Shown in pieces: positions 37,301 to 48,400 of a stretch of DNA of 64,000 nucleotides. Under the pieces are notes generated by a model. That model saw only the letters and a program-made list of their open reading frames with translations, made no database searches and had not been told where the DNA came from. Location: assembly GCA_020891255.1 (NCBI GenBank), contig BQFW01000010.1, forward strand, positions 372,001 to 436,000, in the 5' to 3' direction. The stretch comes from Entomortierella parvispora E1425 (taxonomy: Eukaryota; Fungi; Mortierellomycota). Each line of letters begins with the position of its first letter. Positions within the stretch are counted from its first letter, which is position 1. Both the position numbers and the translations under genes were made by a program.

Positions 37301-37494
37301 TAAGTGAATCTCTGTGCGCCTTGGATCCACACCATTTCGATATCTTCGACTCAACCGGCCTACTGGTTTCAGATCAAAAACATGCGCCAGGGAACGCCCC
37401 TACCATTTTCTCGGCGTTCTTCGACATGCAGGTGATCCATGCAACTTGTGCCAAATTTGGTCTGCGCTTCGGAGACAGGTAACAACATGTTTAT

Positions 37495-37525
<31 letters not shown>

Positions 37526-39582
37526 GACTGACGCAGAATCTAACATATTGACCCATTTCAATAGGCTTGTCTTCGTCGACGAGCATACTGTAAGAATTAT
37601 GGGGTACGAGGCCCGACCGAACGCTCCACGCAACATGATCAAGGAGAAACGAAAGAAGCTTGGCAAAGGCCGTTCAAGGGAGCCTACGGATGCAGAACAG
37701 CGCCAAATTGTTCTCCATGAATCGAAACTATCCAAGGCGGAAGCCAAAACAAGTGCCGCAGATCATGATGTGCGTATAACGGAGCTCAACGAGGAGATAA
37801 AGGCACTAAACCGGCAGCTGGGGTTGGAAGAGATCCGGATGAAAAGCGTGAATGCAGATTTGCGACGGCTAAAAACTGAGAAACGCAAAGAGAATGACGT
37901 TAACCGAAAGGAATGTCTGGGCGAGGAAATCGACACAGCATTCAGAGATCTGCATACGCTACGCTCGAGCGTTCACAGACTTCGGCGGAAAGCGCTTCCT
38001 ATGCGAAACCAGATCAAGGGGTTGCGGCAAAAAAAGTATGACCTTGACAAGTATGTTTCGTCCGAATCAAAGCCAAAGACGGAAAAGGAGGCGAACGGGG
38101 AGCTGAGCCAGTCGGTCACATCCAAATTCTCTTCGACACCCTCTCTCCTCCGCCGGGGATGCTTAGACTCTGTTGAATCAACCAGCATCGAAAGTCTCGT
38201 CAAGGATATTGAGACCAACAACGCGGATCAAAGGAACAGAAGGATTGTTTTAGTCCCAGGTGGGACGGATCCAGGCGCCCATGTGTTATTCAACACGGTC
38301 CCGATAACTGAAAACAAACTGATCGAGCTTCGAAATCGTTTCGAGATACTTTCGAACGAGGGGGCAGAATCGGAGCAAGATCCGGAAGAAGGGGTGCAGT
38401 CAATTGACCAGATACGGTTCCCAGATCCGCACCAGGTCACTGTTAAGCACATACGCCACCATGCAGGCCTTGTGAAGCAATCGCGAGTCAGAAAGAAGCG
38501 CATTGCAGCTAATGCTGAGTTACGCAAGGCACACGCTGATCTTGCGGATAACTCAATCCGGCGAGCAAACTCTTCGCATGCCATTGAGCAGGCCCAAGAA
38601 ACACGTCGCAACTGTCGCACAACACTCCGATCTTTTGAGAAATCCAGAAGGATGAAGAACCTACGACGCCGTACTGAACTTCAACTGAGGAATACCTATG
38701 ACAAAGTTGCAGCCGCGGAGCGAGACGCATTTAAGAGGGTGGTGAATGGTAAGTCAAGAACTGCTGTCTGTATTGATTTTACTGCAGCAGGTGTGCTCTA
38801 TTTACAGTACTTATTCGCATTCGTCTTTCAAACTCGACTCAGTAGACAGTAATTCATTGCAAACCTCAGGAGAGCCGTCCTATCCATCAACCGGATATTG
38901 CACAGACTGTAGGACACACCACCGTCCAGAGTTTGTCGTCGATCCGAGTGCCCCTCGTGGGCGACGCCTCGTCTTGAAGCATGTGAACCAATGTCCAAGG
39001 GCGAGTCCCATCATCGTGCCATTAATGCTTCACGGTGCCGCAGGTTCCGGAGTGGGTTCACGTCTCAAAGGCCATTCAAAAATGGGAGGGAACAAAATTC
39101 CTGAGAAACACTTGCGCTATACGCCGGTCCTCAAAACCAATGAGCACAAAAGCTCCCAGCTTTGCCCCTTTTGCTTTTCGCAGATAAGACTCGTACGGGC
39201 AAGGCGCAACAAGAACGGAGTCATGAGGTTAGTGCGAGTACATGGAGCAATTCAATGTACAAACCCAGACTGCCCTTCCTTCAAGGTTGGATATGCTGAT
39301 CGCGGGAGAGACACCAATGCAGCGGTGAACATTGCATTAGCTGGATACGTATGCCTCACCTCTTCCGATCACAAGACCCTGCCGCCATTCGATCCACGGT
39401 GCCCTGCGTGGGAACCTTCTTCAAACACCAGATCCATCTCGACTGGAACCTCAACATTTCCTCTTGCACCGCAGGTCGATGCCAAGATTTTGGAATTGGG
39501 CATTCGCTCAACATATGTAAGTACTCTCAGGTCAAATTTGCTCATTCTCCTGTCAATTCTCATTGAGCTCCATATTAACTAA
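34299..39582 (+). CDS. Fanzor (eukaryotic TnpB-like RNA-guided nuclease), 7 exons, ~1,580 codons, one 1-nt frameshift in A9 run 35216-35224
   Basis: RuvC-I GTDPG (D at 38268), RuvC-II NEHKSSQLC (E at 39142), zinc finger CPFC..CTNPDC, RuvC-III RDTNAAVNI (D at 39310), and GSGVGSRLKGH motif. Exons 34299-34406, 34498-35132, 35203-35783, 35869-36850, 36929-37478, 37565-38748 and 38870-39582 have phase-compatible GT-AG junctions. Confidence 0.88.
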
Positions 39583-39854
39583 ATTTTCTTGGGTTATTTC
39601 CTTTTGAAAGTCAAGCGTCATCCATATACGGACCAGATACGCTTTTATAATTTTTATTTGTGAGAAAAAAATAAAGTTCAATGCATATCTCCTCCTTCAC
39701 CCCATGTATGACAAGCTGGGCCATGATAAGCGCCAATGTTCAAGAGGCAGACTGGATGGCCAACCATTGGCCACGGTTAAGAGTCCTCTGCGCGTGCCTG
39801 ACTGCCATTCCCTGCCTCTTCTTTTGACCATGCCAATTTATTGCGTTTGAGTAT

Positions 39855-41726
39855 TTACAAGATGAAATCGCTAGGTACGCCCAACATCCTCGGCCGTCTT
39901 GGAATGGTGCCAGTGTCGATCTCAGGTCGATGCTTCTTCAAGTAATTCTTGAACGGTTCCAACCCCGTCTTGGGGAGTCCTGCAATTCGCTTCAACTTTG
40001 GCCAGGATTCGACTACCAGCTTGGCATGCTCCAAGGTCAGGACCACGCCGCTTTCCGGGGAGGCGGATTTCAAGTCGATTCTTCTCAGCTCTTTGAGATC
40101 TTTGAGCATACCAAGTGATTTCTCAGGATGGAACTCATTCACTCCAGCACCTCCCATGAAATTCAGAGTTTGGAGTTTTGGTAACCTTGCCACTTGAGTC
40201 ATGAACGCCTCTTGAGCCATATCGGCTGTATAATCCCCTCCATCACATTTTGGGCTCACAGAGAGATACTGGAGCTCTTTGCAGACCCAAGGTGTCTTTA
40301 GCCACAGAGGGTCACACTTCATGACCAATCCCGTAGCACTGAAATGTTCGAGAGAAAACATGGAGCAGAGTATCAAGACCAGTGCTTCATCACCTCCTTC
40401 CATTGAGCAGTTGGTAAGGCTGATAGAACTCAGCGTCCAGGCTCGAAGCGCCAGAACTCGAACTAGAGTCAAGTCAAGCTTAATCTTCTCTAAAGTCAGG
40501 AAAAAAAGATGTTTGCAATCTTTCACAAGCTGAATAACGTCAGAGAGAGGAGCAGAAGTGAGATTAAGATCAACCACAGCGCAATTCCCGCAAGACGGAG
40601 AGGTGGGGAGCAGATTCTGAAAAAATCCTTCATCGACATCTTCCCAAGTCAAGCAGCCCAGCTGGGGGAGTTGTCTAGCCAAGTCCAAGACGTCTTTCCA
40701 AAATACTCCCCGAATCTTGCTCAGCTTCAAATAGATCAAGAGGGAGGCCTTGACGTTGGCGTTGGTGGTATCCTGTATCTTGCTATCGGTCCCGTCGCGT
40801 ATCTGGAACATCCTTTGGATAGTCTTGAGGTCACTGTCTGGCCACTGTGTCTCCTCCAGTGTCAAAATGGTGCAATCCTCAACCGTCAGTTGGGTGAGCG
40901 CCGGGGCTTGGCTCAATAGGAACCGAATGAAGAAATGATCGCATGACAGACCCGATAAAGTAATGTAACCCAATTGTGGCCACAGAGGGCACTTTAACCG
41001 GCGGGGCACCATAGAGATGCAAGGCATAGACCTGGCGTTGGCCCATGCCTTGAGCTGATCACTTTCCGGATGCGAAGGATCAAATCCCTCATTGATTTCC
41101 ACCAACGAGTCTGCCCAGCTGTAGAATTTGTTCTTCATTCCACACTCATGGATCTTAAGACTCTCCAGTTTTCCCGCGCCCTCCACTGCGCGACAGAGAT
41201 CGTCCACAAACTGTTGGGGATCGAGCCTGACCATGCGGGATTCCATGTGGTCGTAGAGGAGAGATCGAAGCGTTTTCTGAACGAGATTGGCCATAAATAA
41301 AAAGCTGCGCGGAGACTTTGTTTGAGTACTGGACAAGTCTCTCCATCGATTGCTGTGAAAATCAAAGGCGGCCGATGGCTCCTTCACGAGATTTTCCAGT
41401 TGAGTGACTCTGGCTTGATATAATTCGTCGATCTTCTTTAGGGAGTTCGCAGGATTGGACGTCTCCAACTTTCTCATCATCGCATCCAGTTCGCCAAGCT
41501 TGATCCAGAATATGAAGGGCGAAAAGATGGTGCGCCAAAGACTGGAAACATAGCAGCAACGTCCGAGGTCCTCAAAGGTCAGATGGAGGCCAATCGTACG
41601 GAGGATCTGGGGATCGGTCAGTGCCTCTGGAGGGTGCGACAGGGATGATTCCTTGTCATGACAAGAGCTGACTTTGTCCGTTGCAGGTGTTCCTGTTACT
41701 TCTCCGTACTTGCTTGTTGTGTTCAT
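39855..41726 (-). CDS. F-box / LRR protein
   Basis: ALTDPQILRTIGLHLTFEDLGRCCYVSSLW, PSAAFDFHSNR and PWVCKELQYL motifs. Confidence 0.8.
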   Translation of the reverse strand: MNTTSKYGEVTGTPATDKVSSCHDKESSLSHPPEALTDPQILRTIGLHLTFEDLGRCCYVSSLWRTIFSPFIFWIKLGELDAMMRKLETSNPANSLKKIDELYQARVTQLENLVKEPSAAFDFHSNRWRDLSSTQTKSPRSFLFMANLVQKTLRSLLYDHMESRMVRLDPQQFVDDLCRAVEGAGKLESLKIHECGMKNKFYSWADSLVEINEGFDPSHPESDQLKAWANARSMPCISMVPRRLKCPLWPQLGYITLSGLSCDHFFIRFLLSQAPALTQLTVEDCTILTLEETQWPDSDLKTIQRMFQIRDGTDSKIQDTTNANVKASLLIYLKLSKIRGVFWKDVLDLARQLPQLGCLTWEDVDEGFFQNLLPTSPSCGNCAVVDLNLTSAPLSDVIQLVKDCKHLFFLTLEKIKLDLTLVRVLALRAWTLSSISLTNCSMEGGDEALVLILCSMFSLEHFSATGLVMKCDPLWLKTPWVCKELQYLSVSPKCDGGDYTADMAQEAFMTQVARLPKLQTLNFMGGAGVNEFHPEKSLGMLKDLKELRRIDLKSASPESGVVLTLEHAKLVVESWPKLKRIAGLPKTGLEPFKNYLKKHRPEIDTGTIPRRPRMLGVPSDFIL

Positions 41727-41905
41727 TGTTGAATGGAGACATTAGGTGGATTGGGCTAAGTCGACCATGCCTGCATCAAAAAAAAAAAAAAAAAAAGAAC
41801 AATACGTGACTGCGAATTTTATTCGTTTGACCTTTGCCACTCGTGTGTTCCCTTTGCCACCACATTGTCAAAGCACTTCACAACCATGACTTGTTCCGTC
41901 CAAAA

Positions 41906-43774
41906 ATGTCCGTATTCTCTTTTGCCACCACCTCTTCACTCTTTTCCGCCACGCTATCCTTGACAGCCATGACCTCCTCCATGACTACGGCTACAGAAGC
42001 ACCCTCTTATCAACACCGTATCATCTTTCCTCGGATGCGTACAGGAGTTGCACATCCTAACCCTGTCCTGTTCATACCTGAGATCATGTTGGAAATCGGC
42101 ACATATCTGCAGAAGGAGGAGCTCTGGGCATCCTCTCTTGTATGCGTAGCCTGGCACAAGGTGTTCTCTCCCTTCCTGGATTGGAAGGCTCTCAACCACT
42201 CTGAGGATTTTCTACAAGAAACGCGCTGTATTACCTGCTATTATGATAGTACGAAGCACCGCTGTAAAGAAAGGTGGCGCTATCTTGATAATATCTTGGG
42301 GAGAATTGGTGCTCCAGATGCCGCCCTCGGTTTTCACAGTGCTCGGAATCCCTATTTGTCGAACCGAATCATTGAGTACAATGGACCCTGGGTAAACCCA
42401 ACTGGACGGGAGAGGTATAACCCTCGACTCGATCGGCTTTATATCATGATCGTGGAGAAATCAACGCTCTTGGAAAAGTTACGGCTGCACCCAAGGGATT
42501 ATTCTGACGGTCACTGTTATCGATGGTCGTCGCAGCTGGAGTTAGCGTCAGCACTTCATCCGAAAACGAGTGGGACGTCTAGCTCTTCTCTAAATTCAAG
42601 ATTGGGCGATGAGGTGCCACCATCATCAGGCCTGTTGAGGTATCGTCGATCACCTACACCTCGCTGGCCACGCCTTGTAAAAGTAGGCTTGACTGGATGC
42701 CGAGTAGACCATTCCTTCCTTCGAGTTTTATTGAGCAATGCGCCTGCTCTTGAAGAGCTTTGTCTATATGAAGTCACCTTCAGCCAAGCTGAAGTTCGAC
42801 AGGATAAAACTATGATGGACTGCTCGATGATTCAAGGCTCTATCACCGGAGATGAAGTTGAAAAAGACCGTTTGCCGTCAGGGATAATTTCTGAAAATTG
42901 CACATCGGCCATAAAGAAACTGTGGATCTCGCGAACTGTGGGACAAAGTTGGAAAGATGCTTTTCTCTTTGCGAGCCAATTGCCTCGTCTTGTGGATCTC
43001 TTATTAGATATGACTGAAATACAGCATGAGAAAGCGCCGTCATTTACTTCAGGCTTTCATTGTTTGGGGCATCTAGTCCTGTACAGGTTCTCTGGTGACA
43101 TCACAGCCTTTATTGTACGAAGCATCCCAGCCGGTTTATTTGATCTTCGGCTTTTCCACGTGCAGCTTGACCGTTCCTTGGTGCAAGGCCTCACTCCTAC
43201 CCACTCGCACACCCTGCGATATGTATGTCTCTCTGAATGTACTCAGGTTGAGGAAGATCACGTCGTTCACCTTATCCTGAGCACTCTTCATGGTTTAGAA
43301 TTCCTCGATGTCTTCAGACAACCCGTCATCTGTGATCCAGAAGTCCTTCAGCGGACACCGTGGGTTTGTCGAAATCTCCAAGAGCTCTATTTTATCCCGA
43401 AATGCGACGGTAGCTCTCGATACTCTCCTTTGGAAGCTCAGCAGGCCCTCATGACCCAAATCGGCGCCTTAACGAATCTTCGGAAGTTGTACTTTGGAAG
43501 GCTATATTCCGCCGATTACAAAAACATCATGGAGACCGGATTTGCACCCGAAGCCAGCTGGACACTCCTCAGCAGTTTGACAAAGCTGAAGGAAGTCGAT
43601 CTGGGGTTCTTGCCCGAGGTGCCATTAACCGCACGCGATGCTAGAATGATGGTCCGATATTGGCCTCGCCTGGAAAAGATTTATTCTGTCGACCCTAAAG
43701 GAAACGAGGCCTTTGTGGATTACATGAAAGTGAATAGACCGAAAATCCAATTACGTCGTGGACCTCGATATTGA
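41906..43774 (+). CDS. F-box / LRR protein; inverted paralog of 5621-7429
   Basis: Near-identical translation over most of its length to the 5621 gene. Confidence 0.85.
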   Translation: MSVFSFATTSSLFSATLSLTAMTSSMTTATEAPSYQHRIIFPRMRTGVAHPNPVLFIPEIMLEIGTYLQKEELWASSLVCVAWHKVFSPFLDWKALNHSEDFLQETRCITCYYDSTKHRCKERWRYLDNILGRIGAPDAALGFHSARNPYLSNRIIEYNGPWVNPTGRERYNPRLDRLYIMIVEKSTLLEKLRLHPRDYSDGHCYRWSSQLELASALHPKTSGTSSSSLNSRLGDEVPPSSGLLRYRRSPTPRWPRLVKVGLTGCRVDHSFLRVLLSNAPALEELCLYEVTFSQAEVRQDKTMMDCSMIQGSITGDEVEKDRLPSGIISENCTSAIKKLWISRTVGQSWKDAFLFASQLPRLVDLLLDMTEIQHEKAPSFTSGFHCLGHLVLYRFSGDITAFIVRSIPAGLFDLRLFHVQLDRSLVQGLTPTHSHTLRYVCLSECTQVEEDHVVHLILSTLHGLEFLDVFRQPVICDPEVLQRTPWVCRNLQELYFIPKCDGSSRYSPLEAQQALMTQIGALTNLRKLYFGRLYSADYKNIMETGFAPEASWTLLSSLTKLKEVDLGFLPEVPLTARDARMMVRYWPRLEKIYSVDPKGNEAFVDYMKVNRPKIQLRRGPRY

Positions 43775-43989
43775 TCTCCGGAAGCGCGATTAACAACAGC
43801 AAGGATATTCAACATTTGTCAGTTGTTGGCAAGATGTAGAGTTGAAGGGGAGCACAGATGGTGCACAGAACAACGGTCATTGGTTGGGTAATTGTCTTGT
43901 TGTATGCCATTCTGATTCAAAGAGAAAGGTCGGCGCCAGTTGTTCGCTTTGGAGATCATAAAAGTCACGCCTGCCTTTTTTTTTTTCCT

Positions 43990-44600
43990 TCTTTGAAATC
44001 ATGAAATAAATGCAAGAAACTGTTGCCAGATAGAGGTGAAGAACGATCTCATCTTTGGTCAGATCATTCGCAGGCATTGGTTAGCTGCCTTGGCATTATT
44101 GTTTAAGAGGAAAGGGCCCATTCTCCAGAATCTAGCAGGGACGTCGTCATCCAATTGAATAAGGATCGGATTGAGTCCTGATTTTGGCCCTTGCAAGTTG
44201 ACGCTCGCAAGTTTCTTCATGCAAAACAGCTGATCAAACAATGATCCGACTCCTCTCTGGGGTTTCATGGGTGTACTGGAGTGAGATCTCGGAGAACAGC
44301 GTACAAACCCAGCCCAAAGGTCCCAATTCAGGATCAAAAGACACTTGCCCTATCCCACGAATCCAATTCTGGAGAGACTGAAAGAGACGTGTGAAGAGAC
44401 TCAAGTCCAAGCCAGAGCCTGCATTGTCATCAACAGCTCGATTCCAGCCATTATCTAAAGTTTTCATGGTTGCATGTCCTTTATCCTCGATGAATGTGAT
44501 CGAGGCTGCGCTGGCATTGAAGTTGGACAGAACTCTAATTGTTGCAACACAGCGGATCATGAAGTTCTGGGGCAAGGACGTGTCCATGGAGGTGCCTCAC
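43990..44600 (-). pseudogene. Internally deleted copy of the F-box/LRR gene at 3932-5356
   Basis: Fragments DNAGSGLDLSLFTRLFQSL, GPLGWVCTLFSEISL and QGPKSGLNPILIQLDDDVPARFW match the 3932 gene, with deletions and frameshifts. Confidence 0.8.
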
Positions 44601-45469
44601 TTTTAATCAAGAGGACCGAACGTTTGGAATCTGCAGCCAAGGCCAGGCCGCGATGTTCTCACTCCAGAGAGAAAGAACGCGCCAATCGTGTGATTGATCC
44701 ATTAGATGAATCCTTCACGACAGAAAGATCGCTCGCGTGGTTTTTCCTCGCTCTTTCTTCCCCAACCCTGCCACCCCGACCCTTCATCGCTCATACGATC
44801 GCAGCACTCCAGCAATATGGAACCACGGCGGCAGTCGTGGCCTTTATAAGAATGTTCTTGGCTCTCAGTTCTCTTGGAAGCATTGCTCCATCAGGCACGA
44901 ATGCATTTCGTGCCAAGCATGCATGTCTGCTCGGTTAGCACTGCCACGTAAATTAGGTTCTCGGTAGACACAGGGCGAGCGCCGAGGCAAACAGCAGAAA
45001 GACGCAGGATGGACCTGTTTTTTCCCATGCTCATCTCCATCCTCATCTGCATCCCGGCCTGGACATTCCCTCATTCTACATTCAACGCCTTTCTCATTGC
45101 CAGTTTTTCCTATCCTACGCAGTACATATCTTTGGTGCCTCTCGTCTCCACACGCGCAGTGCGTTTAGATTGAGCTAGCGCGACTTTCATCTCGACAAGG
45201 CCGTTTCTGAGCTAGAGAAAAGGTTTCACGATGGCTAGAGTCTGCGCAGGGCAAGCATGATTTCCACCCGACTGGTTATTAACTAGAGAGACCTCCCATT
45301 GTAGCCATACAAAACGATTCGAGTCAGGTCATCTTGCCTCCAAGCTTCTCTGATACGTTCACTAGAAGTAACTGCGTGAACCCCAAAGGTGATTGACCTG
45401 CACTTAATATCGTCTGGGAAACGTACTTGTCAACAATTTTTCTGACTTCGACCCTAACTTCACTCCTTC

Positions 45470-48400
45470 ATGCACCTAGAAAGCCCCAGCATGACGGTCC
45501 CTGGCTCATCCAAAGCCAGAGAGTCTGTGCCTTTAAATATTATAAAGTCAGCAAAGAAAGCCATCAGGCCGCTCAACAAGGAAGATCGGTCTATCAGCAA
45601 TGGTGTCGCCGCCGTGCACGTTGAGCTTGGAAAGCTGCAAGCCTCCAGTTCAGGAAAGACTTTCGCCCCAACACTCACCAAACAACTTGCGTCAGCACCC
45701 AATGTCACTGTCCAGCCCACTTTGAGCTCAGACATTTTCCCGGACAATATCTTCAAACTCAAAGAGGATATCCCTTTACCCAAGGTCGGCGATCGCATCG
45801 ATGATACCGCTCAACTTGTCCTCGCGGCCAGTCTCCTTGCCAACACGCCATCACCATCCTCATCGCCATCCCAGCTGGAGTGGGCTCGCAACATGGAGAA
45901 TTTTCCTATTGAAAAAGAGAGCATCCAGCGGCTGATTGCTCGCATGGTCGACAAGTTTATTTCTCATCCCTCCAGGGAGTTTGAGGCCATCAAAGAGATT
46001 GTTACCCTCGCCCCTGTCTTGAGTCAAGAAGACTATCGCCGACTGCTCAACTGCTTCCTCTCTGATTTTGGTCAGGCCGCCATCCTCGTCGTGGAGATAC
46101 TCCAAGGACTAATTCAGTTGGTGGAAGACGCGCCGCTGGGTTACCTTCAATCTGACGATATGATCAAGATCTTGAGAATGATCAGAGCACGACTGGAGGA
46201 TCCAGCGCAGTAGTCCGAGGTGTTTTCGTTCCATTTGACGACCTCCATCTCCAAGGTCCTCAATGTCATGGCCGACAATAATGTGCGGGATGTCAGCCGG
46301 GAAAGCGACCACAAACCCTTACTCGACATTTTGGTAGGACTAAAAACACGGGAGGACCCCTTTTTGAGATACCAGGCGCTCTATGCTTTTCAGGCTTTGC
46401 AATGGGTCCCGGACGACGAAACTCCGATACGCGCTTTCCTTCGACACTTTACGACTGTAACTGGAGGCATCATCAAAATGTCTGGCGTTGTCCATCTGAA
46501 CTTCAGCGGGCTAGTAGGGGGGGCGAACGACATCCAGGAAACATTAGGAGAGACGATCGAGTTTGTCAAATCAGCGTGGGAGGAAGTGCCGGACATTTTG
46601 GAAGGCGGAAAAGGGGTCTTTGATAGTCTGAAAGAAGGGTTTATTTCCGGCCGCAGACACCCTTGGTACATTGCTGTTCGCGGTGCACAGGACCTTGCTC
46701 GAACTGGTCAACTAGCCAACCTCAACCAATTGATCTGTGAGTCACCCTGCCGTCAACATCCTTTGTTCCAATGGGGTATCTGTCAGCTACTTGCCGAGGT
46801 TGCTATTGATCCATCATGGGATATTGCCACGCGTGATCGAGCCGTCAGGTTCCTTAAAGAGATGTACTTGGTCAACCAGAATTCGACAAAGCACAAGAAT
46901 GTCAGATGCTGGGTGCTTACCATCCTAAGGACCATTTCCGACTCTTCATCTCCTATGGGCAACGAGAAGATCAGGAATCAGTGCGATAGTTTTATCCAGG
47001 ATTTGGACAACACGGATGGTGACATGCCCTTCCCTCACGCTTACTTCTTTGGAGACCGCCTACCGTTTCCAAAGTCATATCTACTCTTGAAAGAAGTCAA
47101 CAACACACCGGATCTCGAGCTTCATCTGCACCGTCTTCGTCATGAAAGATGTCAAGAATACGACAGCACAGCCATCTATATCGAGCCACTATCGAAAGAA
47201 AACCTGCAAGCCTCAGGCGACAATCTCACTCCATTGCAAACCAGGGTTGAGAATTTTCTTGCCAGCAAGAACGAGGTCATGTTGATCCTTGGCGACTCCG
47301 GTGCTGGAAAGTCGACATTCGGTTCGCGCTTGGAGCGTGACCTCTGGAACCAGTACCAGAGTGGCGGTCCGATCCCCCTGTTCATTGATCTGAAAACGAT
47401 TGACACGCCGGAGAAGAACGACCTAGTCCGGGAGCATCTTACTGCAGACAACATGTTTTCACCCGAACAAATCGACGAGTTGAAAAAGTCCAGACAGTTT
47501 ATTTTGATTTGTGATGGATATGACGAATGTCGAAAGTGGTGGAATCTCCATACGATCAACCGACTGAACCGACCTCGTCAATGGATGGCCAAGATGCTGA
47601 TTACCTGTCGAAGTCAATATCTTGTACCGGATTATCGGACTTATTTTGAGCCACAGTTGGAGGGCAACAGAAGACCTTTGGGACTTTCCGGCTGCTATGA
47701 AGAAGCCGTCATCGTTCCATTCAAGATGGACCAAATCAAAGACTACATTGATCTGCACCGACAAGAACCGCGTGCTCAACAGCTGTTTGGGGATCGGACT
47801 ATATGGAGTACTGATCGCTATCTAAGTCAACTCACAAACCTCATGGACCTCGTGAAGAATCCATTCATGCTCAGGCTTGTCTTGGATATTTTGCCGAGCA
47901 TTGCCAAGGACGATCGCGATCTCTCCGCCATCAAGATCAGTCGAGTGCAACTCTATGATGAATTTGTGATGCAACATTTTGAGAACGAGTACCTGCACCT
48001 GACAAACCAGAGGACCTTTGACAAGATGGATCCCGACAGCTTGGCCGCCTTTGAATTAATGGGGAAGAACGACTTTGTTTTGGAAGGGATCGAGTTCTCA
48101 AAGCGATTGGCACTTTCAATCTTTGAAAGTGGAGGCCGGCTCAATGCTGTCGAATACTCAGCCAGGGACAAAGGAACATGGAAAGACCTCTTCTTTGATC
48201 CCGAATCGAGCGCCAAAGTCAAGCTATTCAGGAATTCAAGTCAGCTAGACCGTCGAATAGCCCCCCAAGAATCCATTCAAAGAAGAGGTGGCCTGGTCCG
48301 TACAAAAACTGTGTATTCATTCGTCCATCGATCCATTCTGGAGTACTTTTTCTCTTGCCTGGTCTACGATCCCAACGAAGATCCTGAAGATGTTTACCCA

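Noticed and set aside
39757-39773. Hairpin TGGCCAA-cca-TTGGCCA as a Helitron 3' end
   Set aside because: No CTRR terminus at the expected distance and no RepHel gene.
21756-46213. Stop-codon reassignment to explain in-frame stops at 21756, 33728 and 46211
   Set aside because: TAG and TAA also end intact genes here, and the intact paralog of the 21756 gene lacks the stop; ordinary nonsense mutations or errors suffice.
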